IMG/VR virus record: IMGVR_UViG_3300021446_000049
Span: 1-44,620 of that record
DNA from: a virus
Lineage: Duplodnaviria; Caudoviricetes
Length of the DNA stretch: 44,620 nucleotides
Reading direction: 5' to 3' (one strand)
A program made the position numbers and the translations under genes. The notes under the pieces were generated by a model. It was not told the origin of the DNA. It saw nothing but the letters and a program-made list of their open reading frames with translations, and searched no databases. Shown here piece after piece: positions 27,275 to 36,718 of this stretch; the first letter of the stretch is position 1, and every line of letters starts with the position of its first letter.

Positions 27275-30200
27275 TTACTTGATGGTGATATTGTCCCACC
27301 ACGTGTAGTGTCTAGCTGTTGCTCCTGGTTTTTCTCCAAGACCGATTTTGGCAACGTCTACGCCGTGTTTTAGTTGCCGGGTTCCACTTCTCGTGTCTCC
27401 GGTCTGAAGGTCTTCCATGTAGTAGTCATACTGCCCGTTGGCCCAATCGAAGGTAATCTCGTAGTAGATCCAGCGGTCGTACCCATTTGCCCCCCAAATC
27501 TGGTCGTTCATTCCGGTGCCATCCCACGCCTGCCACTGTGGGTTCTGAGTGCCCAGGGCCACCTCCAGGTTTCCGTTGGAGTTGATGAAGTGGAACGCGC
27601 TTCCATACTGGGAGCTATCTTCGTTCCAGTACCAGGACGCCTTCGAGGGCTGTTCCAGATAGGATTCCATCTGCCTCTCGATGGCAAGGCTGCTGGAGGG
27701 AAGCGTGTTTGTCGAGTTTGCCCCCGCTGCCTGCGCGCCCTCGTAGACTCGATCGGTCTTGAGTTCGAAGGGAGAGTAGTTGACTGTCCATTCGGAAAGG
27801 TCTCCTTCGAAGTCTTCGAAGAAGCTCGGCTTGATGACATCAGAGAAGGGGCCAACCTGACCGGCCACGTCAATCACACGCGCCTTGTAGGTGTGTCCTT
27901 TGGAGTCATCGTAGTTGTTGTCGGTGTAGTCGGTGGGAAGAAGCGGGTAGCTGATCTTTTCGATGAGGCTGTACGAGGATTCAGAGTCTCCCTTTCGGTG
28001 AACCTCCAGGACCTCGATGTCGATGTCTCTAGTCTTAACTCCAAACGTGGCTTCCCCCGCACCTCCGTCAAAGTCTTTTGGTTGACCAGTGGGAGCAGAC
28101 GGCGGCTTGTTTTCAAACAGGACTTCTTTTGGCTGCTCTGACGTCTCATATCGCTGGAGAACATTACCGTCGAATCCAATGATGACCAGTCCATCTTCGA
28201 TGGCCTCTGCGGTCTGGAAGTTCGCCCCTTCAAGCACTCCCTGATGGGTAAATCCAGAGACTCCCGTTCCGGTCTGCTTGTAGAGTTCTGAGTGAGCGAT
28301 CAGCCCGGAATCCGACGTGTCAAAGCCACGAGCACTGCCAAACTCGCTGAAGTTTCTCTCTGCCACCTTCGAGGCCGTGGACACGTCATAGGCCGTGGAC
28401 AGGTCGTACTCTGTGATTCGATTGTCCTGGCTATTTACGGTGTAAAACTTGGTCCCACTTTGAGCATAGGCTATATGCTCATGTTGGGACCAGTTCGGCT
28501 TGTCGTATTCAGAGCCTTTACTGGCGGTTGTAATGTCGTAAGATGTGCCCAGGGTGAGCTTTGTGATATTATCGTCCCCGTCCTGATACAGCCACATCAC
28601 GTCTCCCCCAGGCTCCATGACCATCCCTACGGGATAAGAGTCATAAGTGTCGTACTCCCCGACCTTTGTTGCAGAAGACACGTCGTAGTCACTACCGATT
28701 TCGAACTGAAAAATCTTTCCCTTCTCCCAGTCGCTAACGTAGATGTAGCCATTTTGGTAAATGACATCGTTGATGCCACTGAAATGGCTGGACAGATCTT
28801 TCTCGGCGGTCTTCTCGTAGGTCCCTGCCTCATACTTTCCGCCGATGGTGAGGGTCGGAATTGTAACCTCCATGCTAGTCTGGGCCCCGCTTGCATCTCG
28901 GATCCCGACCGTATATGTATTTCCCTCCTGAACGGAAAACGTGTTGCTACTTTGCCACGTGCCTCCATCTAAGTTGTACTCCAGCCCCCCGTTGTTGCTC
29001 TGGGCGTCGACAATCAACTCGTACCCACTGGAGCTGCTATTCTGGGCCGTGATTTTTCGGAGGTTCACGTCGTTTCCCGATCCCGTTCTGACTCCGCGTG
29101 ATTTTGATCGCCCCAGCGACTCTCCTCCGTTGGAGTTGGCAGATTTGAGAGTATAGTAGTAGCTGGTGAAATCCTCTAGCGTGGTGTCTACCCAGGACCC
29201 AGACTTTGACGTTACAGACAGGCTCTTGACGTTGCTATAGGACCCGTCTGGCCCTTCCGTTGTCCGGTAAAACTCGACAGTATCTACGCTTTCGAGCGTA
29301 GAAATCATGTACTCAATCTTTGCTTCCTGGGCGGCAGACAACCCTCCTTCTGCTGTTGGTTTTGGAGGGGTTACGTAAGAGACAATTGAAATATCAACGA
29401 GGTGCGGGTCCCGCTGCATCTGGTTTCCCAGAAGCTGAATAGAATTGAAGTCTGCCCCTGGGTTAATGATTTGAAACCCATCCTCGATCACTTCTATGAG
29501 AGGTTGCACAACGTCTAAGTCCCTTCCAGTGTCGACCAAGTGTGGCTCTCGTTGCATGGTCTTCCCCAGAAGCTGCTCGACGGCCATCTGCTCCCGCATT
29601 GCGGAAACGAAGATGTAGATGATGGGGAAGTCCCACAGAGCGCTTGCCCTCCATAGGAAATGTTCTTCGGACTGCCGCTCATCTTCACTCTGGTTGCTCA
29701 GGGCCCACCAGAAAAACTTAAAGATGTGGTGGGCACCCCTGTCGTAGTAGTTCCCGTCCATGAAGCCGAGGCTTTCGCTGTTGGCCCCGATGACTCCATA
29801 GCGCTTTTCGTCCCCAATCATCGGGTCCGACATGTTTTGAGAGTCCTCCCGGTCTCCGTTTAGCCATTTTTCTTTTTGGTAGTCTGAGGAGCCTTCTTTC
29901 TGAAACAAGAATTGCAGCAGGCCCTCGGTGATCTGATCGAAATCGTAGTCGTCCATGTTCTCGCTGTCGTACTGGCTCCCGTTGTGGTGGCTATCGAAGC
30001 CAATCCGGTTTTCGTATCTGTCCGGAGCTGACAGCCGGAAGTATTCATTGCGATCGAAGCTAAGGACCATTCCCTCCCCGGCATTGTCCCGGACTACTCG
30101 GGTATCGATGAGAAGGGTCGTCCTCATCTTCTCGATGGTGTCGCTGTTGGCGGGATCGAAGTGGACCCCATCCAGGGCCAATGTCTGATCGTCTCCCATC

Positions 30201-33091
30201 ATAAACCCTGCCTGCTGGCCTTCAACAGAAACCTCGCGGACCTCCACTGTACAGAGGCTATTGGTGTTGTGAGAAGTGCCCGCCAATCCTGCTGCTATTC
30301 GATCGGGGAGAAAATCTGCTACCCGTCCAGCTTCCGTGTAGTTGGTTCCATCTGTGGAATATCGGTAGATGATGTCTCCTCCTGTTCGCTCCATCTGGAG
30401 CCACACAGGATTTTCGCTGGTCGATTGCGGAGAAAGATTTTGGCCTCGAATGTCGGCTCCTTCATGAGTATTATTCCCGTCGTAGCTTTTCCGAATATCG
30501 CCAAACAGGCCATCATCCGGGTCATCAGGAGTAATGTTCAAGAAAGATAGCGGGGCCCGCTCGTAGACGTCTGTCGTCATGTAGGGTCCAAACTTCGCCC
30601 ACTTATGGGTATTCTCCTGAAGAATGACCTTGCACGTGATCTTGCAGTCCCCGACGATGGGCCTGAAGAGAAATTCCCCGTGGGTGGTGTTGTCCCAGAT
30701 GTCGTCTCCACCACACTCGAAGGTATAGGACTGTCCGCCGTTATGAGTGATTGATCCTTCGTTGGAGGTCCCCGCGAAGGTGGCTTTTTGCCACCCTTCC
30801 GGAAGGTGATTGTGAATGTAGTTGATCGTCACTCCACTTTGGTCGGACACGCGGTTGTTGTCCAGTTCGCCGGGAAGCATCAAAAACTGAACGTCGGGGA
30901 TCTCCGCGTAGAAGTCGTCGGCAAACGCCTGACGTCCTGCGGGACTGCCGTCCCTTCCAGGACTGTCCGGATCATCAAACCAGATGAGGTAGGTCTGGTC
31001 GACCGTGGGATCAAAACTGGGGTCGGAGAAAAGGACCTTTCCCTCTTTTCTGGACTTGTCCCAGTCGTAGAGCACCATCGGACAGGTGGTCCCATCCGGT
31101 TTCCGGATGCGAATATCGTCCCCGTTGTCCTTGACGTACTGCCAAAAAAGGGCTCCGGCCAGCGTGGACAGGTCATAGCCCAAAAATCCCGGATATACGC
31201 TCACCGTATTGGCCGAGATGCTTACTTCCACGCTTTGGTCCTGGGGCACCGGCTCCGGGGTGACGCTGATTTCATCGGAGTAGTCCGATTCATTGGGCGT
31301 GGAGCCATCGGTATTTGGCCCTTCATCGTAGCTGGTGGCCACGTAAAAGTATTCGGTATCCAACTCCGTCCCATCATCTGTCCACGTTTCCTCGTCGCTT
31401 TGGCTGGGAATCTGCTTAACAAGGGTATAGGGGCCGCCGCTGCTTTGGGACCTGTAAATGTTGTACCCCTGAAGGTCCGTGGTATCGGGGATCGTGACCG
31501 TGATCTCAACATCGTTTTCCCCAAAGAACTTTTGTCCTCCGCTGATCGAAGGCGTTGCTGGGGGCGTGCGATCGGGGTAGGGGGTGGCCTCTGTTCTCGT
31601 GGACTGAGAGGACTCATTCGGCACCTCGTCGAAGGACGTGACCTTGTAGTAGTAGGTCTGGTCAAACTCTACGTCGTTGTCCGTCCAAGAGGCCGATCCC
31701 GAAGTGGTGTTGATCTGGTGAACTTGGCTGTAGGTGCTAACCGTCCCATCGTTCTTCTTATGGGCACGATAGATGTTGTAGCCCTGTAGATCGTCGGTAT
31801 CGGAAAGTGTGATCGATAGGTCGACCTCCTCTTTGTCTTCGGTCACAGAGGCGCTTACCGAAGGCACCGCCGGCGCACTCTTATCTGCGGGAATTACACT
31901 CTCGGTATTGGAGGCTACGGATTCATTTCCGGCCTCATCAATAGCCGTGGCGTAGTAGTGATACTGCGTGCCGTTGGTGAGTCCCGTATCCGTGTAACTG
32001 GTTTCTGTGAGCGTTGCAACCTTTGTCCAGCCGCTTCCTCCATCTTTCGATCGGTACAAGTTGTACTCTTGGACGTCTCCAGATGAGGAAGCGTCCCACG
32101 CAATGTCCGCCTCCGTGTTGCCGCTGGTCGTGGTCAGGTTGGTGGGTGGATTCGGAGCTGCGTCATCGGTAAACGTGACTGCCAGCTCGTCGGAGACTCC
32201 GGACTCGTTTCCACGAGCATCCATGGCCGTGATCCGGTAGTAGTAGGTCTCATCGTGAACGACGCTGGTATCCTTCCAGTAGGGATTTTCCCACTCCTCA
32301 TCGGTGGATCCGGGGTCCAGTCCTCCATCCACGTCATCGGCGTAGAGGGTCCCAGGGCCCGGACTGAACCCCTGAGTTTTCGATCGGTAGACTCGGTAGC
32401 CAGTCACCCATGTCTCGTCGTCGCTGGACTTGTCCCAGTCAATTCGAAGGCTTTCTCCTTCGTCTACGTCGGACGGCGTAAGATTCGAGGGAGGCGTGGG
32501 CCCGTTCTGATCTTCGACATTCGAGATGGTGACAGTCTTTGAAACCGTGCATCCCCACTCATCTCGAACCTTGATGGTGTAGTCTCCTTCATCAAGCCCC
32601 TCCCACGTGAAGGTCCGCCCATCCTTTTCTATCCAGTCCCCACCGTTGACCTTTATCTCCACCGGAGCATCACTCATGGTGGAGACGGTCATTTCAATGA
32701 AGCCGTCCTCCAGGTCGTAGAACTCGTCCTCGTAGACAAACTGATCGATGGTGAGATCACAGGCGATCACCTCGATGACCCCGTGGACGATGCATCCGGT
32801 ATTGTCGTTCTCTACGAACACGTCGTAGGTCCCCGGCTGGACCCCAACAAATTCTTTCGTGTCCGTCCATGTGCCTAGACCAATCCGGTAGTTAAAGTCC
32901 GGATTTTCTTCCCCGTCATCGACGGCCTCGACAGTGATAGTCTGCGTAGGCCGGTCCAGCTTGATTTCATCGATGTAGAGTTGGGCACATCCGGCCTCCC
33001 ATTCTTCCGCAGATGTCCCCTGTGCCGGGTTTCCCCGACGATATTGGTTCTCCTGCCGAACCAGAATGACCTTGTCAACGTGCTTCGGCAT
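27275..33091 (-). CDS. Multidomain fibre/adhesin (SprB-like repeats, FN3 repeats, DUF2341-like, lectin/LamG-like, beta-propeller)
   Basis: 1938 aa. SprB-like units (GTYDVFVENDNTGC; GDYTIKVRDEWGC; TYTVGIRDASG), FN3 units (GYRVYRS..YYYRITAMDARGNES, repeated), GDDIRI..DGT DUF2341-like stretch, GGDDIWD..WAKFG..PVWLQMERTG lectin-like domain, LSTAYDVSTAS propeller blades. Confidence 0.82.
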   Translation of the reverse strand: MPKHVDKVILVRQENQYRRGNPAQGTSAEEWEAGCAQLYIDEIKLDRPTQTITVEAVDDGEENPDFNYRIGLGTWTDTKEFVGVQPGTYDVFVENDNTGCIVHGVIEVIACDLTIDQFVYEDEFYDLEDGFIEMTVSTMSDAPVEIKVNGGDWIEKDGRTFTWEGLDEGDYTIKVRDEWGCTVSKTVTISNVEDQNGPTPPSNLTPSDVDEGESLRIDWDKSSDDETWVTGYRVYRSKTQGFSPGPGTLYADDVDGGLDPGSTDEEWENPYWKDTSVVHDETYYYRITAMDARGNESGVSDELAVTFTDDAAPNPPTNLTTTSGNTEADIAWDASSSGDVQEYNLYRSKDGGSGWTKVATLTETSYTDTGLTNGTQYHYYATAIDEAGNESVASNTESVIPADKSAPAVPSVSASVTEDKEEVDLSITLSDTDDLQGYNIYRAHKKNDGTVSTYSQVHQINTTSGSASWTDNDVEFDQTYYYKVTSFDEVPNESSQSTRTEATPYPDRTPPATPSISGGQKFFGENDVEITVTIPDTTDLQGYNIYRSQSSGGPYTLVKQIPSQSDEETWTDDGTELDTEYFYVATSYDEGPNTDGSTPNESDYSDEISVTPEPVPQDQSVEVSISANTVSVYPGFLGYDLSTLAGALFWQYVKDNGDDIRIRKPDGTTCPMVLYDWDKSRKEGKVLFSDPSFDPTVDQTYLIWFDDPDSPGRDGSPAGRQAFADDFYAEIPDVQFLMLPGELDNNRVSDQSGVTINYIHNHLPEGWQKATFAGTSNEGSITHNGGQSYTFECGGDDIWDNTTHGEFLFRPIVGDCKITCKVILQENTHKWAKFGPYMTTDVYERAPLSFLNITPDDPDDGLFGDIRKSYDGNNTHEGADIRGQNLSPQSTSENPVWLQMERTGGDIIYRYSTDGTNYTEAGRVADFLPDRIAAGLAGTSHNTNSLCTVEVREVSVEGQQAGFMMGDDQTLALDGVHFDPANSDTIEKMRTTLLIDTRVVRDNAGEGMVLSFDRNEYFRLSAPDRYENRIGFDSHHNGSQYDSENMDDYDFDQITEGLLQFLFQKEGSSDYQKEKWLNGDREDSQNMSDPMIGDEKRYGVIGANSESLGFMDGNYYDRGAHHIFKFFWWALSNQSEDERQSEEHFLWRASALWDFPIIYIFVSAMREQMAVEQLLGKTMQREPHLVDTGRDLDVVQPLIEVIEDGFQIINPGADFNSIQLLGNQMQRDPHLVDISIVSYVTPPKPTAEGGLSAAQEAKIEYMISTLESVDTVEFYRTTEGPDGSYSNVKSLSVTSKSGSWVDTTLEDFTSYYYTLKSANSNGGESLGRSKSRGVRTGSGNDVNLRKITAQNSSSSGYELIVDAQSNNGGLEYNLDGGTWQSSNTFSVQEGNTYTVGIRDASGAQTSMEVTIPTLTIGGKYEAGTYEKTAEKDLSSHFSGINDVIYQNGYIYVSDWEKGKIFQFEIGSDYDVSSATKVGEYDTYDSYPVGMVMEPGGDVMWLYQDGDDNITKLTLGTSYDITTASKGSEYDKPNWSQHEHIAYAQSGTKFYTVNSQDNRITEYDLSTAYDVSTASKVAERNFSEFGSARGFDTSDSGLIAHSELYKQTGTGVSGFTHQGVLEGANFQTAEAIEDGLVIIGFDGNVLQRYETSEQPKEVLFENKPPSAPTGQPKDFDGGAGEATFGVKTRDIDIEVLEVHRKGDSESSYSLIEKISYPLLPTDYTDNNYDDSKGHTYKARVIDVAGQVGPFSDVIKPSFFEDFEGDLSEWTVNYSPFELKTDRVYEGAQAAGANSTNTLPSSSLAIERQMESYLEQPSKASWYWNEDSSQYGSAFHFINSNGNLEVALGTQNPQWQAWDGTGMNDQIWGANGYDRWIYYEITFDWANGQYDYYMEDLQTGDTRSGTRQLKHGVDVAKIGLGEKPGATARHYTWWDNITIK

Positions 33092-33627
33092 TACTCAAGC
33101 GATCCTTCGACCAGAAGGTACGCCGTTGTGAGAAGGGTAGCGACGTTTCCGTTGGCGAGGTCGTTACCATCGGTGTTTTCGAGAAGGACGAAGGTCTTGA
33201 CCAGTTGTCCTTCCGAAAGCGAGAGATCGACGATGTAGGCATACTGGACGGGAGACAGGCTGTGGCTTTCTCCCTGCGTATCATCGGGGGAAAGAAGCGT
33301 CTTGTCGTCGGCTTTTCGAATGGTCAAGTTGAATCCGCTGAAGTCACGGCCCTCCTCCAAGTCTACTCGAATGGAAAAGTCTTCGCCCTGGTACACCCGG
33401 AAAACCAGCGGGTGCTCGTCGTAGTAGGCCACCGCTTCAAGAAGATCTTCCGTCCATTGAAGCTGGGTATCCGAAGAGCTTTCGTCCAGCTTCTTGAAGG
33501 CATTCTGGATGTCTGCCTGGAGATTGCTATCGGCCTCCTGGACGTTTTCGCTCACCAGAAGCGTGAGGACCTCATGGGGGTTTTCGAATAGGTCCAGTTT
33601 ATTGTAGACAGAGTTGACGATGTTCAT
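33091..33627 (-). CDS. Putative tail fibre adaptor / hypothetical structural protein
   Basis: 178 aa, TAATG-coupled to the fibre gene; VYQGEDFSIRVDL..DFSGFNLTIRK resembles fibre-attachment N-domains. Confidence 0.5.
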   Translation of the reverse strand: MNIVNSVYNKLDLFENPHEVLTLLVSENVQEADSNLQADIQNAFKKLDESSSDTQLQWTEDLLEAVAYYDEHPLVFRVYQGEDFSIRVDLEEGRDFSGFNLTIRKADDKTLLSPDDTQGESHSLSPVQYAYIVDLSLSEGQLVKTFVLLENTDGNDLANGNVATLLTTAYLLVEGSLE

Positions 33628-33630
33628 TGG

Positions 33631-33864
33631 CTACTCTTCTGCTAATTCGAGAGGATTGTTTTTGGAAAGCTCCCAACTAGACTTGATGAATGAGGTCACG
33701 TCCTCGGCGTCGAGGAGCGTCCACTTGTCCTTGGTATAGATGTCCCCTTCGTCGTTTTTGACGAACAGCTTGATGAGGTAGTCCGACTCTGTGCTTTCTA
33801 CCGGACAACACTCCAAGACCTTTTTCTCGTCATCTGCGATAAGGCAAAAGCAGTCCGAACTCAT
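33631..33864 (-). CDS. Hypothetical protein (77 aa)
   Basis: Start reassigned to ATG 33864 overlapping the upstream TAA (TAATG): MSSDCFCLIADDEKKVLECCP... Confidence 0.6.
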   Translation of the reverse strand: MSSDCFCLIADDEKKVLECCPVESTESDYLIKLFVKNDEGDIYTKDKWTLLDAEDVTSFIKSSWELSKNNPLELAEE

Positions 33865-34655
33865 TAGGTCACGTGATCTTGACCGTAGACACCACCTCCT
33901 TTTCTTGTCCCCGTCGAGCCTTTCCATCGGTTGTTGACAAACCGCACCCAACTTCGCATGAAGTGGTCATATTCATCAGGATCAGGCATTTTGGACTTCC
34001 GGCGTGCCTTCGCCGCATAGTCTTTCCACTGCTGACGGGCTGCCTTAAAGCCAAACTGCGGGTGGTTGTACCCCCGAAGAATTAGCTTCATCACGATCCT
34101 CCAGAAGAGCGCTTCTTTGACTCTTGCATCGTCGGGGACCAGTGGATAGCCCTTCTCATCGGTGGCAAAGCCTTTGTACGCCACGATCACCAGTCCCCTC
34201 TCAAAAGAGGTGTGGATGGTTCCAGGATTCAGTTCATAGGATTCACTGGCCGTCTGGTAGGCCCGGTCAGTTTCCTTTTCCCCAATGCCATCATGCAGGG
34301 GGCTTGCCCCATCCTGCGTAAGCTGTGTGTTGCCTTCTCGGGGGACCCGGTACTTTGGGGCATCCTGGGCTTCCTTCTCGTTGTAGACGAGCGTAGAGCC
34401 GCTGTAGTGGAAGTCAACGTTTTGAAGGAGGAAGAGCCCTTCAAGAAGCGCCATGTCAGAAGGAAGGGCCAGCTTGTGGCTCTCAACGGCGTGAACTTCC
34501 TGCCGCTTCTCGGTGGGCATTGTCCCACCCATGAGATCGAGTCCATGGCCAATCCACTCGATGGCGTCGACCTCCCAGTTGGTATCGTCGATCTGTAGGT
34601 CCCTGTACACCCGGCTGATGGTCTCCTGGGCACTGACGGTATTGTAGATGGACAT
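33864..34655 (-). CDS. Tail tubular / ring protein (P22 gp4-like, crAss Ttub)
   Basis: VSAQETISRVYRD..AIEWIG..LPSD..IHTSFERG...AYKGFATDEKGYPLVPDD..EALFW..W..Y...A...MP typical of crAss-like Ttub. Confidence 0.85.
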   Translation of the reverse strand: MSIYNTVSAQETISRVYRDLQIDDTNWEVDAIEWIGHGLDLMGGTMPTEKRQEVHAVESHKLALPSDMALLEGLFLLQNVDFHYSGSTLVYNEKEAQDAPKYRVPREGNTQLTQDGASPLHDGIGEKETDRAYQTASESYELNPGTIHTSFERGLVIVAYKGFATDEKGYPLVPDDARVKEALFWRIVMKLILRGYNHPQFGFKAARQQWKDYAAKARRKSKMPDPDEYDHFMRSWVRFVNNRWKGSTGTRKGGGVYGQDHVT

Positions 34656-34787
34656 CTAAGAGATGTGAACGTGCGTGAATAGCCAGATGATGATTTCAAC
34701 AAGCTTCCAGATCCCTAACGGGGCAAGGATGAGAAAGGCCACAAAAAGATACTGGAGACCCTCCATAAGTCCTCTGGTCGGCATCAT
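34656..34787 (-). CDS. Small membrane protein (43 aa)
   Basis: Not in track. MMPTRGLMEGLQYLFVAFLILAPLGIWKLVEIIIWLFTHVHIS*; fills the gap between flanking genes, stop abuts next ATG. Confidence 0.7.
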   Translation of the reverse strand: MMPTRGLMEGLQYLFVAFLILAPLGIWKLVEIIIWLFTHVHIS

Positions 34788-34791
34788 CGCG

Positions 34792-35286
34792 TTAGTCGTT
34801 GCTTATTAGCTTGAAGTCGAGATGGGCAAGGTCTTCCTCCCGCAGCCGCTTTTTCAGCTTGGTCTTATTGCCCTTGTCTCCCCGTGTGGCCCGAAAGGCG
34901 TAGGCGCTCTTGTTCGGCACTCGGCACCGAGACTTCTGCCAATAAAAGCGGGCATACCAGTCGTCGGTGTGGTAAATGAAGTACTTAATGCCCTCTGGAT
35001 TGTCCTTCGAGTACAGATCCTCCTCGTCGTAGCCTTCCTCATTCAGAAGGCGTTCTTTGTTTTCCATGGTCGCCTTCCAATCCACGGCGGGATTGGAGTA
35101 GTCCCGCTCTATTCGGACAATGGATAGAGTGGCGAGTCCGAATCCCAGAGGGAGCGCTTCTCCCTGTAGAACTCGGTTCATCGCCTCCATATTGTACTTC
35201 TCACAAATGTCCCGAAAGAGGTCGTAGGGAATTTCCCCTCCGTCCTCCTTGTAGGCCTCGTGCATATTCGGTACCGTATGTGACAT
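34792..35286 (-). CDS. crAss-like IHF/HU-related protein
   Basis: F..I...YN......VLQG....L.FGL..LSI....VDWKAT...FIYH...Y..FYWQK....NK..Y.F.ATR pattern; conserved position before Ttub. Confidence 0.75.
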   Translation of the reverse strand: MSHTVPNMHEAYKEDGGEIPYDLFRDICEKYNMEAMNRVLQGEALPLGFGLATLSIVRIERDYSNPAVDWKATMENKERLLNEEGYDEEDLYSKDNPEGIKYFIYHTDDWYARFYWQKSRCRVPNKSAYAFRATRGDKGNKTKLKKRLREEDLAHLDFKLISND

Positions 35287-35301
35287 AGTCTCTCCGTCTA
35301 T

Positions 35302-36066
35302 TTATTGAGCGGCCTCGTTGTCTGCTGGCTCGCTATTGACGGGGAGATGGTCATTTTCGGTATCGAATGGGGCTTTCTGTAGAACCTGTCCTTCGCCCTT
35401 CAAGATGGACTGCGTGATGCGCTGAACAAGGTCCTCCGGCGTGGCCGGATACTCTTCGTCCGGGTTATAGGGACGATCTTCTCGAAACTGGTAAACGACG
35501 ATGGGATTGCTGAATACCCCCTTCACCCGAACGGTGGTAATGCCGTCGTCTAGGTCCTCTGTGGAGGTGTCGGTGAAGTCTTTACTGCCGTCCTCCAGGT
35601 CATTGATGAGCTGGGCCACCTCGTCGGATGTGATGTACAAGTGGTCATCCTGGACGAAGGAACGAGGGACATCGGCAGTATACTTGTTGTACTGCTGATA
35701 GCGTGCTGTGGCCGGCTGAGTGACGCTGTACGCTTCTTGGAGGTCCGGGGAGGTGACACTGGTCAAGGGGCGGCGCTTCCGCAAATGAATGCGCTGAGGA
35801 AGCGTCCTGTTGGACCTCAAAATCGCGTGGGGCCGCTCTCTATATTTGCCCACGTCCTGATGGACGACAGACATCGAGAGAAGCCCCAGGGACTGCTCGT
35901 ACTCCTTGGACCGCTTGTAGAAACCGGTGTCCCGGCGAATAAGAAGCTCCCGGTAGTACCGCACGGCGAAGGCCACCTGACGAGGGCTGATGGGATTGTC
36001 CGTCGTAGAGGCCCCACCGGAGAGGGTGTTTCTGATGTTGTGCGTGATCTCGTTAAGAGACGCCAT
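35302..36066 (-). CDS. Ring / tail structural protein (crAss conserved)
   Basis: MASLNEITHNI..ISPRQVAF...YYR..LIR..Q.LG..Y..YNKYT...DDHLYI..V.VKGVFSNP..EEYP...LVQRI. Confidence 0.78.
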   Translation of the reverse strand: MASLNEITHNIRNTLSGGASTTDNPISPRQVAFAVRYYRELLIRRDTGFYKRSKEYEQSLGLLSMSVVHQDVGKYRERPHAILRSNRTLPQRIHLRKRRPLTSVTSPDLQEAYSVTQPATARYQQYNKYTADVPRSFVQDDHLYITSDEVAQLINDLEDGSKDFTDTSTEDLDDGITTVRVKGVFSNPIVVYQFREDRPYNPDEEYPATPEDLVQRITQSILKGEGQVLQKAPFDTENDHLPVNSEPADNEAAQ

Positions 36067-36685
36067 GCAGGATCAGGGAGTAGGGCTTCGAGCCCGAAGG
36101 ATTATCAATAGGTATGGCCCTGCACGTATTATCGCGCCTACTGTTTCCCTTACAAAGAGCCTTGAAAGTAAACTCTGTCTCGTTCCCCTTGAGTACCTCG
36201 TTGTGGCTCTCTTTGATCTTTTGAAGCTCTCTTGGGCGGACGTCCTCGTAGGAGCATTTTCCAATCATATCCCTCAAATTGCGCCCCTTCCAGTCCAAGT
36301 ATTCTTTTGAAGCCGCAACCAAATGGCCTTTCGAATCATGCAGGCTACGCTTTCCGGAAAGTTTAGGGTCTTGTGGATTGGTCAGAATCCAGCTATGACT
36401 CTTTAACTCAAGGGGAAAGGGGCGGACGCCCTCTCCCAGTATGCTTTCTGCTGTTTCTAAGGTTTGGTCGAAGCTGGACCGGAGCATTGAGCTTTTCGTC
36501 TTCAAGCCAACGATTTTTCCTCTTCGATTATCGACAATCTCAAACAGCGGGCAGTAGTCCATGAGTACTGCAAGGTGGGTGGTGGTGAAAGACTCGTGAC
36601 AAACCGCTTTTAACGTAACGGTCCCGTTTTTAGGTTGAAAGCCTGTAGTGTGAAGAAAGATTGGCTTTGGTGATCCTTTAGTCAC
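36053..36685 (-). CDS. PAS-domain protein
   Basis: C-terminal ~105 aa (LHDSKGHLVAASKEYLDWKGRNLRDMIGKCSYEDVRPRELQKIKESHNEVLKGNETEFTF...RAIPIDNPSG..YSLIL) follow the PAS fold consensus; GTG start; AT-richer than flanks. Confidence 0.72.
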   Translation of the reverse strand: MTKGSPKPIFLHTTGFQPKNGTVTLKAVCHESFTTTHLAVLMDYCPLFEIVDNRRGKIVGLKTKSSMLRSSFDQTLETAESILGEGVRPFPLELKSHSWILTNPQDPKLSGKRSLHDSKGHLVAASKEYLDWKGRNLRDMIGKCSYEDVRPRELQKIKESHNEVLKGNETEFTFKALCKGNSRRDNTCRAIPIDNPSGSKPYSLILHGVS

Positions 36686-36718
36686 ACCGACAGGCGGTTC
36701 CCCAATCCAAAAGAGACG

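Noticed and set aside
27275-33091. Diversity-generating retroelement target in the fibre gene
   Set aside because: No reverse transcriptase in the window and no near-identical repeat pair differing only at adenines was seen; the internal repeats differ synonymously.
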